Source: the human T2T-CHM13v2.0 reference genome, Homo sapiens
Direction: 5' to 3' (one strand)
Assembly: GCF_009914755.1 (NCBI RefSeq)
Contig: NC_060928.1
DNA length: 64,000 nucleotides
The notes beneath the pieces were generated by a model, which was not told where the DNA came from, ran no database searches, and worked only from the letters and a program-made list of their open reading frames with translations. The first letter of the stretch is position 1, and each line of letters starts with the position of its first letter. A program made the position numbers and the translations under genes. Positions 48,730-62,700 of the stretch are shown piece by piece.

Positions 48730-49335
48730 TCCACACAGCCGGAGCCTATCCACTTCTCTCCACCCACAATGCCACTCTCTAATTCAGAACTCCATCACTT
48801 CTCACCCAGCTAGCTACAATGTCCTCCCAACTGGTCTTCCTGCTTCCAACCTAGTCTCTCTTTACTGCAGCCAAGGTGGTCCTTCTTAAAAGCAAATCAC
48901 ATTAAAGTCCTCCTTTTAATGTCTTTCTATATTTCCCCCTCTCTCCTGAGATAAATTTCCAAGTCCTTAACAAGATTCACAAGGCCCTTCATTGTCTCTC
49001 TCTCTCTCTCTCTCCAGTCTCATCAATTGAAACTCTCATTGTCTCTGCCAGCATTCTGAACTTCTCAGGTTTCCTTGAGAACATCCTGCTTCCTCTCATC
49101 ACTAGACCTTTGCCTATGCTCTTCCCTAATTATTTTCCAGTTCCCTTAGGCCAGCTAACTCTTCCCTGTCCTTCACTCGCCATCTTAGATATTATCTCCT
49201 CCAGGAATCCGTCTCTGCCTGCCCCAATCCTGACTAGATGTCCCCCTTATCCTCCTGTAGCCCCCGGTACCTTCCCCATCACAGCACTTAACACAACTTA
49301 GTAACTGCCTGTTTTCTGCTTGGTATTCTACTTTC
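48730..49335 (+). mobile_element. L2 fragment
   Basis: CCTCCCAACTGGTCTTCCTGCTTCCA..TGCAGCCAAGGTGGTCCTTCTTAAAAGCAAATC..AAGTCCTTAACAAG..CACAAGGCCCT. Confidence 0.72.
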
Positions 49336-49339
49336 TCTG

Positions 49340-49860
49340 CAAAGAGTAGAGACGCCTGCAAGCCAGACCAAGCAGAGAGAGATTTATTGTAAGGATGCAG
49401 AGGGCCTCACAGACACATGAGAAAATGAGCTTCATAGGAGCAGGAACATAAAAGCCATCAGAAATGAAGGCCCTTCTTTCCATCTCCCCCCTCAGAGACC
49501 TAAGGTCACAGCATCATTGTGCCTGCCTGCACATCACTCCATCCTTCCCTCTCTCTCCCTCTCTCTCTCTCTGCCGGATTTCCCTACTTCTGCTTAATCC
49601 ACAGGCTATCCCAGCCTCCATTACATTACCCAGCTCTCGAGGTCACCTTTTATCTTTTGCCTCTGGTGCTAACAGGTACGACGTCTCAGCTTCCCGATTC
49701 CAAGTTCCTGAAGGATGAGTTTGCTTGGTCTCTCTGATCTCGTGGTGCTGCACCACTTGTGTCTTGTTTCCTGGCCAGCCTAAGAATGGCTGCCTTGACT
49801 CAGGTCTAATCAGCTTTACACAAGAAAGGTGGGGTTTTGGTACAGAACACAGCTGTGCTC
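49340..49860 (-). mobile_element. Old MLT1 (K/L-like) LTR remnant
   Basis: GAGATTTATTGTAAGGAT..CTCACAGA.. and TCCAAGTTCCTGAAGGATGAGTTTGCTTGG..CTAATCAGCT. Diverged. Confidence 0.45.
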
Positions 49861-49862
49861 AC

Positions 49863-50242
49863 TGATATGGTTTGGCTGTGTCCCCACCTGAATTTATCTC
49901 GAATTGTAATCTGAATTGTAATCCCCACGTGTCAGGGGAGGGACCTGGTGGGATGTGATTGGATCATGGGGGCGGTTTCCTCCATGCTGTTCTTGTTTCT
50001 TGTGATAGTGAGTGAGTTCTCATGAGATCTGATGGTTTTATAAGTGGTGGTTTCACTCTCCCCCTCCCTCTCTACCTGCCACCTACCACCATGTAAGATG
50101 TGCCTGTTTCCCCTTCCACCATGATTGTAAGTTTCCTGAGGCCTCGCCAGCTATGTGGAACTGAGTCAATTAAACCTCTTTTCTTTATAAATTACCCATT
50201 CTCAGGTAGTTCTTTATAGTAGTGTGAAAACAGACTAATACA
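49863..50242 (+). mobile_element. THE1D MaLR solo LTR
   Basis: TGATATGGTTTGGCTGTGTCCCCAC..GGGAGGGACCTGGTGGGA.GTGATTGGATCATGGGGGCGGTTTCC..GTGTGAAAACAGACTAATACA. Flanks CTCAC/CACAC. Confidence 0.92.
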
Positions 50243-51261
50243 CACACTTAGCAGAGATTTGGGGTAGAGCCATAAACAATAGGAGCCTCTGAGACACTGG
50301 GAGACACTGCAACACTTAATCTCCTAGCGGGTAACCAAGACTTTCATTGTTAACATACTATTGCCTAGCAAAAAGTCAGGCACAGGGAAATGTGTTGAGC
50401 AATGGCTGAACCAACATTTATCAGAACTCTCTATTCTAGAAGACCCATTTGGAGATCTTTTTTTCAGTCAGACCAGGCAGGGTAAGCAAGTTCTTGATCC
50501 CCACACAACAAGAAGATAGCTGATTTTTTCTTAAAGAGAGTTGCCCAGATAATAAATGTTTTCTGACTTTTCACTTCACTTAGAGTCAAACCTACCACTT
50601 AGCTGATAACAGCTCCTAGCTGCTTTAACCAAAACAGCAATAATCTTTTGTAGCTTCAGCCTGCTTGTTTGACCTCTCCTTAAAATAATTGCTGAATTGG
50701 GCTTTAAAAGTCTAGAAGGAAATCAGATAAAAAGTATAAACAGGATTAATGCAATATTTTACATCAATGCAATAATAACTGCCTCAAGATCCTGCCCAAT
50801 TTGGAGTTCACCTCTAGACTCAGCAGATCCATAAGCCACAGAGTCCACAGGAAACCAAGCATAGTTTCTGACTTAGGGCAGGTATGAAAGGCTCTATCTT
50901 AAGTCAGATCTTTTTAGTACAATCCAGGTTTTCTCTACTTATTGTGATTTGAGATCTCTCTCTCTCTCTTTCCCTCCCTCTCTCTCTCCCCAGTATTTGT
51001 CTTTCAGTATTCAAGACCAGCCATCTATTTTATTTCCAAAACTTGTTTGCAACTAAAGAAGAAAGCCTTAATGAATGGATACACTCATTTGTAAATAATA
51101 ATAATAATAATACTTAGAGGTCTGTTGACCTACAAACGACTAAAAATAGAGTTCACAGGAACTAAAAGCGAGACTACCATGCTCCAGTGTTGGTCAGTTC
51201 TCACCAACCAGCCATGCTCCCTTTGTCTTTAAGGCCCTGACATTGAAGACTGAAGAATATC

Positions 51262-51632
<371 letters not shown>

Positions 51633-51982
51633 CTAAATTATCTCAGTGGGCTCTTCCCAAAGCATGTTTCATTAATTAGGGGTTCTCACCCTGGCTGTAC
51701 AGTGGAGTAACTTAGGAAGCTTCTTACACAAGCCGATGCCCACCACACCACCGTTTTAATTCAAATCTGCAGCCATAAATGACAGCCACTGGTGCAACAC
51801 CAGCTCTGCAAGATGCCCCATGAAAAACCAAGGGTTCTCAAGTAGAGTAAGTTTAGAAGGTGCTGGTCTTTAAGCCCCTCTTTTTGAGTTGCAGTAGAAA
51901 TGGTCACAGTAAAGACTCCGGAAGTCCTACAGCAAAAATCAAATGTAATTTTATTTATATTTGTTTAAATGTACTTAAATTT

Positions 51983-52342
<360 letters not shown>

Positions 52343-53179
52343 TTAAATTTGTGCTCCAAATTTGATTGCCTGCAAAGAGAACTTGTTTTGTCATCTTGCT
52401 TGTTTGGTGGCTGGATGGTTGCTTTTTACATAATATGAATGAGAATCCTGTATAGTAGGAATGTACTTAAATAAAGCCTGTTGCCCTGTTTTCTGAGTGA
52501 AGAACTAGCCTAGATGTTCCAATTTCGTTTGCGTGGCAACTCCTGTATTCTGCTTCCATTTAGCTCCTCATTTCTGTTTCTATTTACAGTTTACTGTTTA
52601 TTTCATTTCTATCTCTGGATTTTGTATTGGCACTGACTCACTAAACTTGATTGTAGGTTCTCCCTTGAGGAAATTGACAAAGACAAACCTTTTTTACCCC
52701 TTTCCTTTCATTCATCCTGATTTAGGGCAGCCTGAAAGAACTAACCCTGCCCAAATGCAATGCTCTATCTTTAAGTTTTGTGTAGATATATCATAGTCAC
52801 AGTTTTTAATACCATGATATCCAGGTTATCAACTCCAAACAAGAGTGGGTTCGAAAATGGGACTATAAAGACCATGCATACCCTGGAGCTGGTGCATGGT
52901 TGGGTCCCCACTGCAGGAACATTAACACAGGAGGGAGGGTCAGCCACAGTTACCATGCCCGCACACACTTCCCTAGTCTGGACAATTTCCTGAGGAAGAG
53001 CAAAAGTAAATCATTAAAATACCTGGAGAAAATAAAGTGGAAAATAATGGACTCTCAGAAAAAAAGAGAGAGAAATAAAAAGGAACTTTATATGATTTGA
53101 CATTAAGTTTCTCCTCCACGTACATAGTAGAAATCATCCTTCTGGCTGGCATTAACTCCGTAGCAGGACTTCCCCCACA

Positions 53180-53404
53180 GCAGCACTGTTGACATGTTTG
53201 GCTGGATAATGACTTGTGGATGCTCCTATGCACTGTAGGATGTTTCGCAGCATCCTGCTTTCTACCTACCAGATATCAGTAGCTACCTACCAGATATCAC
53301 TACCTACCCCCCCACCACTGCCCACTCAACTGTAGCCATCAAAAATGTCTCAGACACTGTCAAACATCCACTGGAGGCAAATGCCCCAGATTAAAAACCA
53401 CTGC
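53180..53404 (+). mobile_element. MER20 DNA transposon
   Basis: GCACTGTTGACAT.TTTGGCTGGATAAT..TGCACTGTAGGATGTTT.GCAGCATCC..CCATCAAAAATGTCTCAGACACTGTCAAA..AAAACCACTG. Internal duplication CTACCTACCAGATATCA. Confidence 0.85.
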
Positions 53405-53799
53405 TCTAAGCACAATTTCTATGCATAAAACATTATGAAACCAAGACTCAGAGAGAGAAATAAAAAAGTTAAATCACAAATCTTTTTTCTAGATAATTTA
53501 ACTTTAATCATACAACAAAATATGGATAAATATTTTTCTAAGTTTCCTCAAGGTTCGTATTTCCTATAACAATGTTAATCATACTCTTTTTTTAACTCTC
53601 CAGTTAATTAGGGTAGAGGGATGGATGGTAGTGTTTATGTAGAAAGGCAAATTTCTAAGGCTGAACCTAGAATTTTCTTTTTAAATACCAAGAAAGTTGG
53701 GGAATTATGATTTTGCTATATGAAAGTTTAAAATGTCGCATGTTAATTAAAAATAGCCCCAATAAAAAGGGAAATAAGAGGAAAAATTCAAAATAAATG

Positions 53800-54500
53800 T
53801 AACCAAGATTAATGTTCAAGATGTGAAGAATCTACCAAATTAATTCTGTAAAAAAAAAAAAAAAGAAAAGCACTGAGATTGCAATAGATAAGTGGCCAAA
53901 AACACACACAAATAATTCACAAAAGAGAACACTCAACAAACGAACAATAATGAGCACTAGAAAATTGTCAGCCTCACTAGAAATCAAAGAAAACTAAATT
54001 AAACACAATTTTTGCCTATAAAATTAGTCTCTTTTTAATTAAGGAGATTCTGCACTGATAAATGTGAGATGAAAAAGACACTCATATACTGATAAAAGTT
54101 TTTAAAATTAATTTGGCAAAATTATGAGCCTTAAAAACATTCACTTTGCATAATCTATTCTAAGAAATTAATCCTAATTACTGGAAAAGCCCAAAGAAGC
54201 TCATTATAGCATAATCTAAGAAAATGAAAAATTGAATATCACCTGGATGCCCAATAAATAATTTATGTTGGAGAAGTTACATTGTAGCAATTAAATGTAG
54301 TATTATGAAGCCATTAAAAAGTTGCTTTAAAAAGCACGTACTCAAAATCATATATTAAAGGGGGCTAGATAGTTACCAACTGAAAGGCTGACCCTAGTTA
54401 CCTTTGAGTAGCTGTAATATGGGAAAAAATTTTCACTCCTTCTATTTTATATTTCTGAATTTTTGGTAATGAGTGTGTATTACTTCTACAATGGAAAAAG
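53800..54500 (+). mobile_element. Old L1 (L1ME-like) 3' fragment
   Basis: CAATAGATAAGTGGCCAAA..AATTCACAAAAGAG..CAGCCTCACTAGAAATCAAAGAAA..TATTATGAAGCCATTAAAA. Confidence 0.7.
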
Positions 54501-57500
54501 TAAACTCCACAGAAAAATGATTCACTTTTTTTAAAGTGCATCGCTGTATAGTGAGGCATTAAAATGAGTTGGCTTCTCAGTCATGTTTTCTCCAGATTTA
54601 GCTATTTTGAAAACATTCTCATCACTTAAAAGATGATTGAAGCCAAGGAAACCTAATCTGTTCTAATTTCAGGGTCATCAACCTCAGCCACATAAACACA
54701 GGGGAAGATGGATTCTGGAATACACTTAAAGAAGCCTTAAGACATGATTGTTCTCCCTTCCCTAGGCATATTTTTTTAACTGAATATGTGAAACAGGTTC
54801 TTTTCTACATAGCAACAGGAAATCACAAACAGGGAAAAGTAACATCAAGTCCACTCATTTACCTAGAGAACCTTAAAAGTAAATAATGAATACTGAGCAT
54901 CTGCCTTTCCTCATTATTAAAAGTATGATCAATAATATTTATTGAGTATTCCTCTGTTCCCTTTATCATACCAATTCATGAAACATAAGAAAAAACAAAA
55001 GACATGAAAAGATCTCAATTCTGAAATCAATCAAATAATGAGGAAGTATAAAAAGATAGATTAGATAGAGAATCATTATTTCCTAATAATTCAAGACAAA
55101 AATTCACAGAGTTTAGGAACTGGAAGTTACTTTAAATTCAACTAGTCCTACTTCATTTTCTATAGGCTTTCATGTCAAAATAAAGAGGAATGCCGTAAGA
55201 GGTCATTGTACATGGATGTCAAGGCAAGCTCTAATAGTGGTGAGATCCTTAGAATCAGAGTCTTAGATTAAATTAAGGGATTAAATTAAATTAAGCAACT
55301 AAAATGGTAGTATAGTGCCTTTAGTCATCGAAAGTAGGATTCCTCTCTACATCCTGAAGGAAGGTGGTCACCCTGATGCCATCACTCAGGTTCTTCTAGG
55401 CAGGCCACCCCCTTAAGAATGATCACTGACGCTTTCATCTCTATCATATTCCAGGATCATCTAAATTTTGCCTGAAAAATACCTCTTGTCCATCTCACCC
55501 TTTCAATTTCCATCAATCTAGATAGAAATAGTAAGAAAATCATGGCACTAATTGAGTCTGAAAAGGAGCTGGACTAAGATGGTGGCAAGGAGAACAAAGA
55601 GGCTGGGTGGAGATGAGATATACCTAAAAAAAAAAGGAAAGGCAGGAATTGATGACTGACTAGATATAAACATGATGCCCATGTTTTCTGAACCAAAAAA
55701 AAAGTGGGATACATGGCCTGACAATCATGAAGTTACTTCTGAGTTCAATGGGGCAGGATATTTGCCCTCAGGACCAACTCAGAAAATCCATTTAGAGGGA
55801 TTTTTTTAAAGTGAGCATGACCGGGAGTTATAGAATGGGAGTCAGGATGAAAGAGTGGGGAGAGCCAGGCAATAGGTAGAAAAGGAAGCACTCTTTAAGC
55901 TTTAAGTACTACGTTATTTTCTTTTTCTATTCAAGCATGTTCTCTTCTGCTGGAGAATGCTTTGTTAAACTGATCTGAGGTCGTTTCCATCCTCATGAGA
56001 AATCTGATGCAGTATTTCATCCTAAACATTATAAAGCTTGGCATTAAAAGCTTCCCCAAGTCTATTTTCCCCTGGAGTCAGGTACCGTTTGTCATTTGCT
56101 CACACATTCCTTCTGGCAGACTGCTTTACGATGATTCCCATGGGCAGCTATGGGGCTGGAGAGCATCCTTCACACATGACTTCCCACTGAGTCCAGAGGC
56201 CGATGGGCACAAGTCGAAAACCAACTTACCCCGTTTATTGATGAATTCTCCCATTTGGGACACATGCGTGTTGTCTTCTCTTCATATTGTTCACCTGGGT
56301 TTATAATGTGCCACCAAAACTCAGAAAAACAAAACTTGAAACCTGAGAATAAGTTTTGTGTTAGAGTGTTCATCTCTATGAATCCAAGTATTTATTGTTC
56401 TTTTGGGGAGCTTGCTCAAGCCTATGCTCCAGAAAGCCAGGAAGTAGTCAGTATATTCTCAGAGTGAAGACAGAAGGATTGTGAAAAACGGATATGAGCA
56501 GTATTTAACCATAAATATGGTGAACACATTTTCTGAAACACACAAAAAAATGTGATTTATGGTCTGAAAAACATTTTACTAGTCAATAAAATGGAGGCCA
56601 GGAGAAAAATATCTTTGAAAATAGGGCTGAAAAATCCAACACATTGGTCTCTATAGCTATAGAGATACATAGAGAACAGTCTATTTTTAAGTTTGATAAA
56701 AGAATGTTTTAAAATCCTAAGTTATTAAATTTAGAAGGAATAAGGGCAAAATAGGTAAATATCAGAATGTATATTTCATCTTACTAATTAAGTTGGCAAA
56801 CTACCAACTGTCTGTTTTTGTAAATATGGTATGCAGTCTAGAAGAGGAATTTTTGGTCCATAACATAGCTCTCTAATAGACTTTTAACCTGCAGCCTAAA
56901 ATGAGTATTGAATGTAAACCCTTTTGGGAGTTGTAGGAAGTGTCTAGAGTATATATTTTCTCACCTTGTGACAGGGAGGGATAAGAGTAGATTAGTATAG
57001 AGAGACCCTAAGAACAAAGCCCCTAAAATAGCAGTTTTATAGTCTTGTGGTCTTGACGATGGTCTGTTTTACCCTTAGAATGAATGCCTAGAAGCCATTA
57101 CAGTTAATGGGGATTGTGAAGATAGAAGCAAACAGATTTCTGAACACAACTTTTCTGCTCGTGTCTCTGTGAATATAAGATGAAGTTTCTGTTATCTGTT
57201 AATGTAATTGATCAAACCACAATGCTTTTATGTCTCCAAAATACAATTTATGTTTAACATTTTTCTTTTAAATAAAGATTTTCTGTACCTTATGGCTCCC
57301 CTATATGTAGTAGAAATTTTTTCTCACCCAAAGGGCAACCATGATGTGGAAAAGGCTCCCTCTCTGGGCAGCCAAAAGGCGATTCCTGAACCACTTTAGC
57401 AGGCTTTTGCAGTAGGTAAAAAACCATACCTGCATGACCTTTAACGTGTTTCTCTCTGAATGCTACCCCCAGGGGTGACGAGTTTTCCCTAAGGAGAGGA

Positions 57501-57579
57501 TAAACCCAGCAGTAGGGCTCCCACATCCACAGCCCTGGCAGACATCTAGAATTCCAGGGTCAGTGTCTGGGCACCGTCT

Positions 57580-58216
57580 TCTTCCTGGACCAAACTGAGG
57601 GTTGAGCTGCTATTTCTCGTGGCCCAATAATGAGATGCAGATGAACTGGAGAGGAAGAGAGTTTTATTTTCTGCAACTGGTTACAGGGAGAAGGCTTGGA
57701 AATTATCACCAAACCCATTCAAAATTACAAAGTTTTCCAGAGCATATATATCTTCTAAGCTATATGTCTACGTGTAAGTGTGCACTCATCTAAAGACATA
57801 GGTGATTAACTTCTTTTAATCTATAACTAAGGTCTGAGTCCTGAAGACCTTCCTCTGGAGCCTCAGTAAATTTACTTAATCTAAATGAGTCCAGATGCTG
57901 GGGTGATTACCCTTATCTTGTCTCCTGCTAAATCACAGAGATTTGAGGAGTTCCTTCAGACCCCCAATAATCCTGTTTGTGGATGCCTGGGGAGTTTCTT
58001 CCATCCCACTGTAAAATTTGTTTAATCCTAAATGGTTCCTGTTAAGAATGCCTTCGTTATTTTGTCATTCTTTAAGGCCCAGGAAAGGCCTAGGCAAAAA
58101 CTCCTGATGGGCTTTCATTACATCCCAGCCTTTGATTAAAGGCACTGGCTTTTAATATTTAACTTAACCACTCAGTCAGTACTGAAACAGTTGTTAGTGA
58201 GAACTGGCCTGCCACA
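57580..58216 (-). mobile_element. LTR15-like ERV1 solo LTR
   Basis: Minus strand begins TGTGGCAGGCCAGTTCTCACTAACAACTGTTTCAGTACTGACTGAGTGGTTAAGTTAAATATTAAAAGC and ends ..GAAATAGCAGCTCAACCCTCAGTTTGGTCCAGGAAGA. Flanks GTCT/ATCT. Confidence 0.8.
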
Positions 58217-58576
58217 ATCTTAGTCTGTTCTGGCTGCTATCTCAAAATACCTGAGACTGGGTCATTTATAAGAAGAGTAATTTATTTCTCACAGTTCTGG
58301 AGGTTGGAAAGTCCAGGATCAAGGTGCCGACAGATCCCATATCTGTGGACGGCTGCTCTCTGCCTCCAAGGTGGTGCCTTCTTGCTGCATCCTCACATTG
58401 CAGAAGACATGGAAGGGCAAAAGGTTTCAGCTAGTTCCTTCGAGCCTTTTTATAAGGGTACTAATCTCACTCATGAGTTGGAGCTGTCCTAAGTGTCCAC
58501 CTCTTAACACTATCACATGAGGTCTTAGGGTCCAACACAGGAATTATGAGATAACTCATACATTCAAACCATAGCA
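58217..58576 (-). mobile_element. MSTD-like MaLR solo LTR (terminal bases displaced to 57575-57579 by LTR15)
   Basis: TCTTAGTCTGTTCTGGCTGCTAT..AAAATACCTGAGACTGGGT.ATTTATAA..CTCACAGTTCTGGAGG..ACATTCAAACCATAGCA. Confidence 0.85.
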
Positions 58577-58750
58577 GGTACAGAGTCTTGCACACTTCCC
58601 CACACACAATGATCTTGTAATTTAAAAGAAATTAAAACTAACCCCTCACCTTACAGTGAGGAAATAAGAACAGATTGTAGACATAGGGTAGCCCATTTTC
58701 AAAGGGAGACTACAATACTTTCTGAATACCAGATTCCTCAAAGCTCCAGG

Positions 58751-58785
<35 letters not shown>
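58751..58785 (+). repeat. Pure poly(A)35 tract
   Basis: 35 uninterrupted A residues with no adjacent Alu or L1 body. Confidence 0.95.
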
Positions 58786-58786
<1 letters not shown>

Positions 58787-59004
58787 AGCCATATTTTCAA
58801 GGTGCCAAAATGTTATGCAAGATTCTAAGAGATGAGGCTAATGTCACTCAGTACCGCAACGATCAGAGTTGTGTACACACACAGACAGCTTTGTGTTTTA
58901 CTTGTTGAGTTCAAACAGTAGCAAATATAGCATATCCTGGAAACCTTGCCCCAGGACTTAGGTCTGTCTTTAAATACCACAAACATAAACATCAATCAGT
59001 ATTT

Positions 59005-59780
59005 CCTTTCTGGAGGACAATTTAGTAACACCTTTCACAAGCCTTTGAAGTATGTGTTTATATTCTTGGACTCAGCAATTTCCCAACTAGGAATTACTCC
59101 TAAAAATTTAAAATCATGAATTTATGTAAAGATTTAGCTATAAGGATTTTCAATCTATATTTGTTTATAATAAGTAAAACTAGAAACAACCAAATGTCCA
59201 GCACCAGCGAACTGAATAAATAAATTCCAGTATATTGGTATGAAATGCTATGCACCATTGAAAATTAGTATTATAGAAGTATATTTAATGACACCGGCTC
59301 ATGCCTGTAATCCCAGCACTTTGCAAGACTGAGGCATGCAGATCACTTGAGGCCAGGAGTTCAAGACCAGCCTGGCTAACATGGCGAAACCCCCATCTCT
59401 ACTAAAAAATACAAAAATTAGCTGGGTGTGGTGGCACGCACTTGTAATATCAGCTACTTGAGAGGCTGAGGTATGAGAATTGCTTGAACACGGGATGTAG
59501 AGGTTGCAGTGAGCCGAGATGGTGCACTGCACTCCAGCCTGGGTGACAGAGCAGGACTCCCTCTCAAAAAAAAAAAAATTAATGACATTATATGTTAACT
59601 AAAAAGAGAGATTATAAAACAATATGAACAGTATATTACAGTATGTTCCCTTTGGGAAAGGTATCATAAAAATATAAATAAGCAACATTATGAAAATCAA
59701 GATCTTTGTCACTCTGTTAACATTTTGATGTGACTTCTAAAGTTTGTACAGTGAATATGTGCTATTTAAAATAAGAAAAT
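59005..59780 (+). mobile_element. Old L1 (L1ME-like) 3' fragment containing an Alu
   Basis: TTTCTGGAGGACAATTTAG..GACTCAGCAATTTCCCAACTAGGAATT..AAACTAGAAACAACCAAATGTCCA..ATGCTATGCACCATT. Confidence 0.75.
59294..59578 (+). mobile_element. Slightly 5'-truncated Alu (AluSz/Sx-like)
   Basis: GGCTCATGCCTGTAATCCC..GATCACTTGAGGCCAGGAGTTC..poly(A). TSD TTAATGACA (59285-59293 and 59579-59587). Confidence 0.93.
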
Positions 59781-62700
59781 AATGTTTTAAATTACTACTT
59801 TTAAATTTCAAGAAATTAAATATTCCTCAGTATTAATTATCAGCACAGCTATTGGGAAAAAAAGAAGAGAGAAAAGAATTAACATGAATTGTTTTTGCAT
59901 ATTATTTTTTATTCAATTTTGTTTAAATATAGGATCAAGTTAACTTAAATTGTTCCCTTTTGGTAGATATCGAAGATAATTAGAATGTATTTTTTTACTG
60001 AAAAAACACGAGGGAGATGCCTTGTTTTTTCTCTGAATCCTTTATCATTAAAACCCTATGATTAAGATTGCTTCTTCTGTTTACCAAACTGGATGAATTC
60101 TAAAGTTATTTCTTTCCAAGGTGAAGGTGTTAATTTGCATTACCTCTGATTACTCATTCAAAAGAGTGAGCCAGGTTGCAGCTGCTATATATTATGCAGT
60201 GAACTGTTCATTATCTGTGGAGACAAGGACAGTACAAATAATAAAAATCCGTAGAGAATGCCCAAACTTCATTTTAGCCAGAAGTGTCAACAGTTTGCCA
60301 GAGTTGTTAGCAAGGAACAAAGCTGATTTGAGTTTTATCTCCTAACTCCCCTCCATATGCTTGAGTATTATGCTAATAAGTGAAATGACCAGCAGCAGAG
60401 GCAGCCCTGGGTAATTCCTAGTCAGGAGAATTGGATTCTGATTAATCAAGATTTGGCTGAGTTGGAGCACGGACATGCAACTGTCTCCCAGTAAACAGCC
60501 TAAACATTCTTTAAATATTCATTGTCTAAAAAATTGCATTTACTTTAACAACATGTTTACGAGAGTTTATTTTACCTATGAAGCACAAAGACTGTGACAC
60601 CCCATTTCTGCCCTACCTGAACTGTTCCTGCACAGAATGAATGGTGAACCCATTTCTCTTTGTCATACTATCCTAGTGAGCTATCAAATTTAAATTTCTA
60701 AATATGTGTTATTTATAGAAATTACAATTCCATATACCAGATCAATCTATTTTGGCAATATGCAATTAACCTAAAATTCAATAGCCTAAAATTATTATGT
60801 TTCTGAAACTTGGAAGGAAAATGCATCCTTCTGTAACCTTTCTTTCATCAATAAAATCTACAGAAATTCTACACTCCTACATATTTACACACATACATAA
60901 ACCCTAGCAATGCCCATGATCTAATTTAACAGATGCTTTTGCCACTCCATATGTCCACATATATCATTTTACATTTGAAATTAAGAAAGTTAAGACAGGC
61001 CTTTTCAGACCTTATGAGAAATATCATTTCTCTAAAACTGCTTTTCTTCAATGAAGTATCATAAATTGACCAAGAGGGATGTTAACTGCGTTAACTTTTT
61101 AAGATTCTTTCAAGTCTCTGTCCTTTGTGAAATAACTATAAATTTAGGTTGGTGGTTCAAATGGCTTTTTCCCCCCACAACAAATATGAATAAGATAAAT
61201 TGTACTAAAACTCTTTTATGCTTTATTGAATAACAGCCAGTAATAAAGCAGGCTCAAGAGAGCAGAGTCTAATATCAGATGCATGGCATAGCTTTAAATA
61301 TCTTCTATGGCACTGGATAGCAGATTAAAATCGGTCCCTTTACTAGGAGATTCAAATTGCCTCTTCTAGACTTTTCAAAAAGAACTTTTTGGTCTTTCCT
61401 TTTGCAAAGTGATAAGACTTTCTTTACCTACTTTGTATACAATCTGTGTTTCCTTCCAAGAAAACTTTCCATTTTCACCACAACCTAAGAAAATACTAGC
61501 TATTTTCTGAAAAGAAGCTGATTCATGATTGCCTGGGTTTCAACAATATAACACTCTCTTCATTGTGAGTATTGCCAGTCATTGTCACCAAGTTAAAAGA
61601 CAAACCCAAGCTATCATCCTTAGTGACTCTATTGTTTTAAGTTCAGGAAACTTCTCAAATTCATAGCAGGGGAAGGAATTACCAACGTAAATCTTTCTTG
61701 GCCCATATATTTGCTCTCTGACCCAGGCTTTTTTGCTTTAAATAATTGGGCATTTTCCCCAGAGTCTGGAGGGATAGTGCCTTTCTTCTGTATATACGAT
61801 CATTTCAAATCCAACCTCATATTCACATCTTCAGTGCCTTCCTTTATAAGGCAGAAGAAAGGAGAACCCATACACTAAAACATTACACTAAAATTTCTAA
61901 CATTCACTTCCAGATCTGAAGGTAATTTTTCCCCAAATTTTACTACATTTATAAAAAATGCAGAATTCCACCTAGAAACAATCCAATTAGACTTACTGCC
62001 ATATCCCATAAATTCAGTTTCAACGTTTCTTGATCTTTCAGGAACTCAAACTGTTCCTGTTATTTTCCAAAAATAAAAATTTCAACAAGTAGGATTAAAA
62101 AAAATAGCCTCCACCTAAATATGAATGAAGGTGCTATATATAGACCACATATTCATCAGGCATTCAATAATCACTTACTTTAAGTAAAACAAATTCTAGT
62201 GGTAATGATAGGGAAAATTATGCCTTCTATGATAAAAATATGATGCCATTTTATGACGCAAATTTTTCCAGAATTGGCAATGTTCTTTTTTTACTTTTAT
62301 TTTTTAACACTTTCCTTACTCTTTTACCTCATTTCAACTTATTGGCAGTAGTCTTGGACAGTGAAAGGTTTAATACCTATGCCGGAATCAACCTGAACTT
62401 TGTGTTAGGCTAAGGATTGATTCTCATCTCACACATATACATTCCTTCCTTTCCTTGTTGCAAAAATTAACTTCTGATTGCTTTTTCTCAATCATGTGAG
62501 AAACAGGCTGGGATGGAGAATTATGTTTATTTGCCTCACAACCAACATTTGTAAAGTCATTAAACAATGACAGTACCGTAATGTTATGCAGTTTAAAAAT
62601 AAAAAGAAAACAAACTGAAAAACTGGTATTTGTGGGTCTCTTACTGACTTTTATAAAGAAGTTGAGAATTAATCATTTTAAAAAATGAATGTATCAAATG

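Noticed and set aside
56648-56665. 18-bp perfect palindrome TCTCTATAGCTATAGAGA
   Set aside because: 9-bp low-complexity arms; about one such palindrome in an AT-rich 64-kb window is not surprising.
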